DNA from: Heptranchias perlo
Taxonomy: Eukaryota
Direction of reading: 5' to 3'
DNA: 64,000 nt
Assembly: GCF_035084215.1 (NCBI RefSeq)
Contig: NC_090349.1
Coordinates: 9,858,001 to 9,922,000, forward strand
The position numbers were made by a program, and so were the translations under genes. The notes under the pieces were generated by a model. That model did no database searches. It was not told the origin of the DNA and saw only the letters and a list, made by a program, of their open reading frames with translations. Below are positions 61,300 through 64,000 of the stretch, piece by piece; position 1 is the first letter of the stretch, and every line of letters begins with the position of its first letter.

Positions 61300-63811
61300 A
61301 TCATCCCTCCGCTGGGCCAGGCCCACGCCATTCCTAACACTTTGCTGGACAACAGTTTGGAGGACATGTGTGAAGCCTTGTAAGGCCAATGCTCGTATAT
61401 CTGCCTGTCTGTTTAAAGCGGCAGAATGTTGTTCACTGTGAATCAGAATGGCCGTTATCAGGGCCTGAATGGACTCATTTGTGAGCTATGCTTGAAGCTC
61501 AATAGAGGCTAGCCTTCCCTCCATCGCAGACATTTCCGCAATTACCCATGACAGTATCTCAGAGATGCTCTCACGTTCCTGTGACACTATCTCAGAGATG
61601 CCCTCACGTCTCTGTCAGTATCTCAGAGATTCCCTCCCATACCTGTGCCACTATTCCACTCATGCAGGAGTTGGACTCCTCCATCCTCTGTGCTATTGTG
61701 GAGAGTGTGCATGGCACCTGTTCCAGCACCTCACAAATGTACTGCTGCCCCTCGATTATTCTCCTTTTAATGGATGGCCCCCAGGATTCAGCATCTGTGT
61801 CCAGCTGAGCAGAGCCTGGAGAGGAGTGCTCCCACCGATGCGGACTCTCCACAAATGCCGCTGCCACCAGTCTCTGCTTGTGCTCACATGTGTGTGGTAA
61901 CTCACCATGTGTGACCCCAGCTGACAGCAGACCAGGATCCACCAAGGTGTGAGTATCTGCGCTGGTGGATGGCTTCCTCAGATGTGACGGTGCACCCTCA
62001 GAGGCCGGCAGGTCCTCTGATGAATTGCCCTCTGCCATCACAGCGGTCACTGAAGGCGCTGTAAAAGTAGAGAAGGCAATATTAAGTATCATCACAGATG
62101 TGTCATGTTGCGATGAGTATAATGCAGTGCTGAAGATGGCAAGGCATGTTAACATCAATTCATATTGTGTGTGCTGAATGTTAAAGTTCTGTCACCAGTT
62201 GTTTGTCCAGCACCTCCTGCTCGGCATCTGTGAGGATGACAATTTGATGCATCCCCCCTCCGGTCCTTGCCCTCTCCCATCCATTCTGAGCTCTCTTTTC
62301 CTATAAGGGAAGAAAGTACAGATGCATGAGTGAGTGACGGTGAAGTGGCCAGCCGATGAATACATTGGCTTGGGTGCAGCTGACCGTGAAAGGGTTGCAT
62401 CAGAGGGTGAGTATGAGATAGAGCCATGACATTGTATGACAATCGGGCTGTGTGGTAGTGGTGGGTTGAGTAATGGGGAGGTGAGGAAGTGCTGAGAAAG
62501 TGCAGGTAAGTTGAGGATGAGCCTTAAGTGGGTGTGGGGAGTGATGTGATGGAGTAGTGTTGGCAGTGCAGAATGAGTTGGGGGTGAGGGCGGTGATGTG
62601 GAAGAGAAAATGTGGGAGAATGAGTAAGTGTACTAACCTTGGCTGACCTCGTTAGGTCATTGAAGCGCTTCCTGCACTGGATCCAGGTGCGGTAGCTGCT
62701 GCTGCTGGTGACCTCCTCTGCAACCTCGAGCCAGGCCTTCTCGGTGGCAGAGGCAGGCCACTTCTTCCAGTCGGCCAGGAAGAGGTTCTCTGACCTCCTC
62801 CTCCCTGTCCTCCTCCTCCCCCTCCTCCTCGTTCCTCGTCCATCCTCATCCCTCCTTTTCGTTACTCGTCCCTCCTCGTCCCTCCTCCACGTTCCTCGTC
62901 TCTCCTTGTCCCTCCTTCTCATCCCTCCTCGTCCCTCGTCCCTCCTCGTCCCTCGTCCCGCCTCATCCCTCATCCCTCGTCCCTCGTCCTCGTTCCTCGT
63001 CCTTGTTCCTCGTCACTCCGAGTCCCTCCTCCTCGTTCCTCGTCCCTCCTCCTCGTTCCTCGTCCCTTCTCGTCCCTCCTCCTCGTTCCTCGTCCCTCCT
63101 CGTCCCTTCTCCTCGTTCCTCGTCCATCCTCGTCCCTCCTCATCCATCCTCGTCCCTCCTCGTCCATCCTCCTCGTTCCTCGTCCCTCCTCGTCCCTCCT
63201 TCTCGTTCCTCGTCCCTCCTCCTCCCTCCTCCTCGTTCCTCGTCCCTCCTCCTCCCTCCTCGTCCCTCCTTCTCATCCCTCCTCCTCGTCCCTCCTCCCT
63301 CCTCCTCCCTCCTCCTCGTTCCTCGTCCCTCCTCCTCCCTCCTCCTCGTTCCTTGTCCCTCCTCCTCGTCCCTCCTCGTTCCTCGTCCCTCCTCCTCCCT
63401 CTTGCTCCCTTCTCGTCCCTCCTCCTCGTTCCTCGTCCCTCGTCCAGGTTTGTCGTCCCTCCTTGTCCCTCCTCCTCGTTCCTCGTCCCTCCTCATCCCT
63501 CCTCCTCGTTCCTCGTCCCTCCTCCTCGTTCCTCGGCCCCGTTCCTCGTCCCTCCTCCTCGTCCCTCCTCTTCGTTCCTCCTCCTCGTCCCTCCTCCTCA
63601 TTCCTCGTCCCGCCTCCTCGTCCCTCCTCCTCCCTCCTCCTCGTTCCTCGTCCCTCCTCGTCCCTCCTCCTCGTTCCTCGTCCCTCCTCCTCGTTCCTCG
63701 TTCCTCGTTCTTCCTCTTCCTCGTTCCTCCTCCTCCTCCTCCTCCCCCTACTCCTCCCCCTACTCCTCCCTCCTCCCTCCTTGGAGCAGTCTTTCCCCTG
63801 TGCTGCTCCAT
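61300..63811 (-). pseudogene. Harbinger Myb/SANT (MADF-like) gene with intron structure, disrupted by a repeat expansion
   Basis: ATG at 63811 ([11 protein letters not shown]); AWLEVAEEV...RTWIQCRKRFNDL with donor after 62638; exon 2 at 62196-62300 (KRAQN..ERARTGGG). Confidence 0.8.
62795..63780 (+). repeat. ~1-kb pyrimidine-rich (TCC/TCG) degenerate microsatellite
   Basis: CCTCGTCCCTCCTCCTCGTT-like units. Confidence 0.95.
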
Positions 63812-64000
63812 TGTGGTTTGTGTGTGTTTGCTCCAGGAGCAGCCATTCGAGGACCACCCCTTTAAATAGAGCTCTCCAGCTGAGAGCCTGTGATGGGGGT
63901 GCGCAGACCGCCCGCTGTGCAACTTTTGGACGGCAAACCGGGAAGTCACGTTAAGTGGCACCAATTGACCTGCGATCACGTGGGAAACGGACATATTTTA

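Larger units (their letters stand above)
59259..64000. mobile_element. PIF/Harbinger element B (continues beyond window)
   Basis: Starts GTGCTTGATTTTC; convergent transposase (+) and Myb/SANT gene (-). Confidence 0.85.

Noticed and set aside
62708-63994. Long Pro/Ser/Leu and Arg/Glu/Gly ORFs
   Set aside because: Artefacts of the stop-poor microsatellite

Overview
This is vertebrate genomic DNA, almost certainly from a cartilaginous fish (shark). That call rests on a germline-joined type II/lambda Ig light chain, HER1-type CR1 LINEs, DeuSINE (SacSINE1/AmnSINE1-like) copies and shark-type Penelope-like termini. There are three host genes. (1) SEPTIN5 (+): ten coding exons at 113-20940; the first exon(s) lie upstream of the window. 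(2) GP1BB (+): CDS 36833-37420, with a probable GATA/ETS promoter and non-coding exon about 2 kb upstream. (3) A complete lambda-type IgL gene (-): octamer promoter, leader 46104-46152, pre-joined VJ 45622-45969 and C 41500-41822. The rest is mostly transposable elements: an apparently intact full-length CR1 (52354-57197) nested in an old Harbinger, a second Harbinger running off the window end, a young 5'-truncated Tx1/L1-clade LINE, many CR1/L2/SINE fragments, a family of ~180-bp hairpin MITEs with 3-bp TSDs, and ~100-bp TSD-flanked inserts carrying minimal hammerhead ribozymes. Highlights: IgL-lambda directly beside SEPT5-GP1BB (human 22q11 linkage); covarying intronic hammerheads; a UUUAAAC slippery site at the AUG-less CR1 ORF1/ORF2 junction; and a 397-bp-arm inverted duplication centred on a hairpin MITE. 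All calls were read by eye; no database searches were run.
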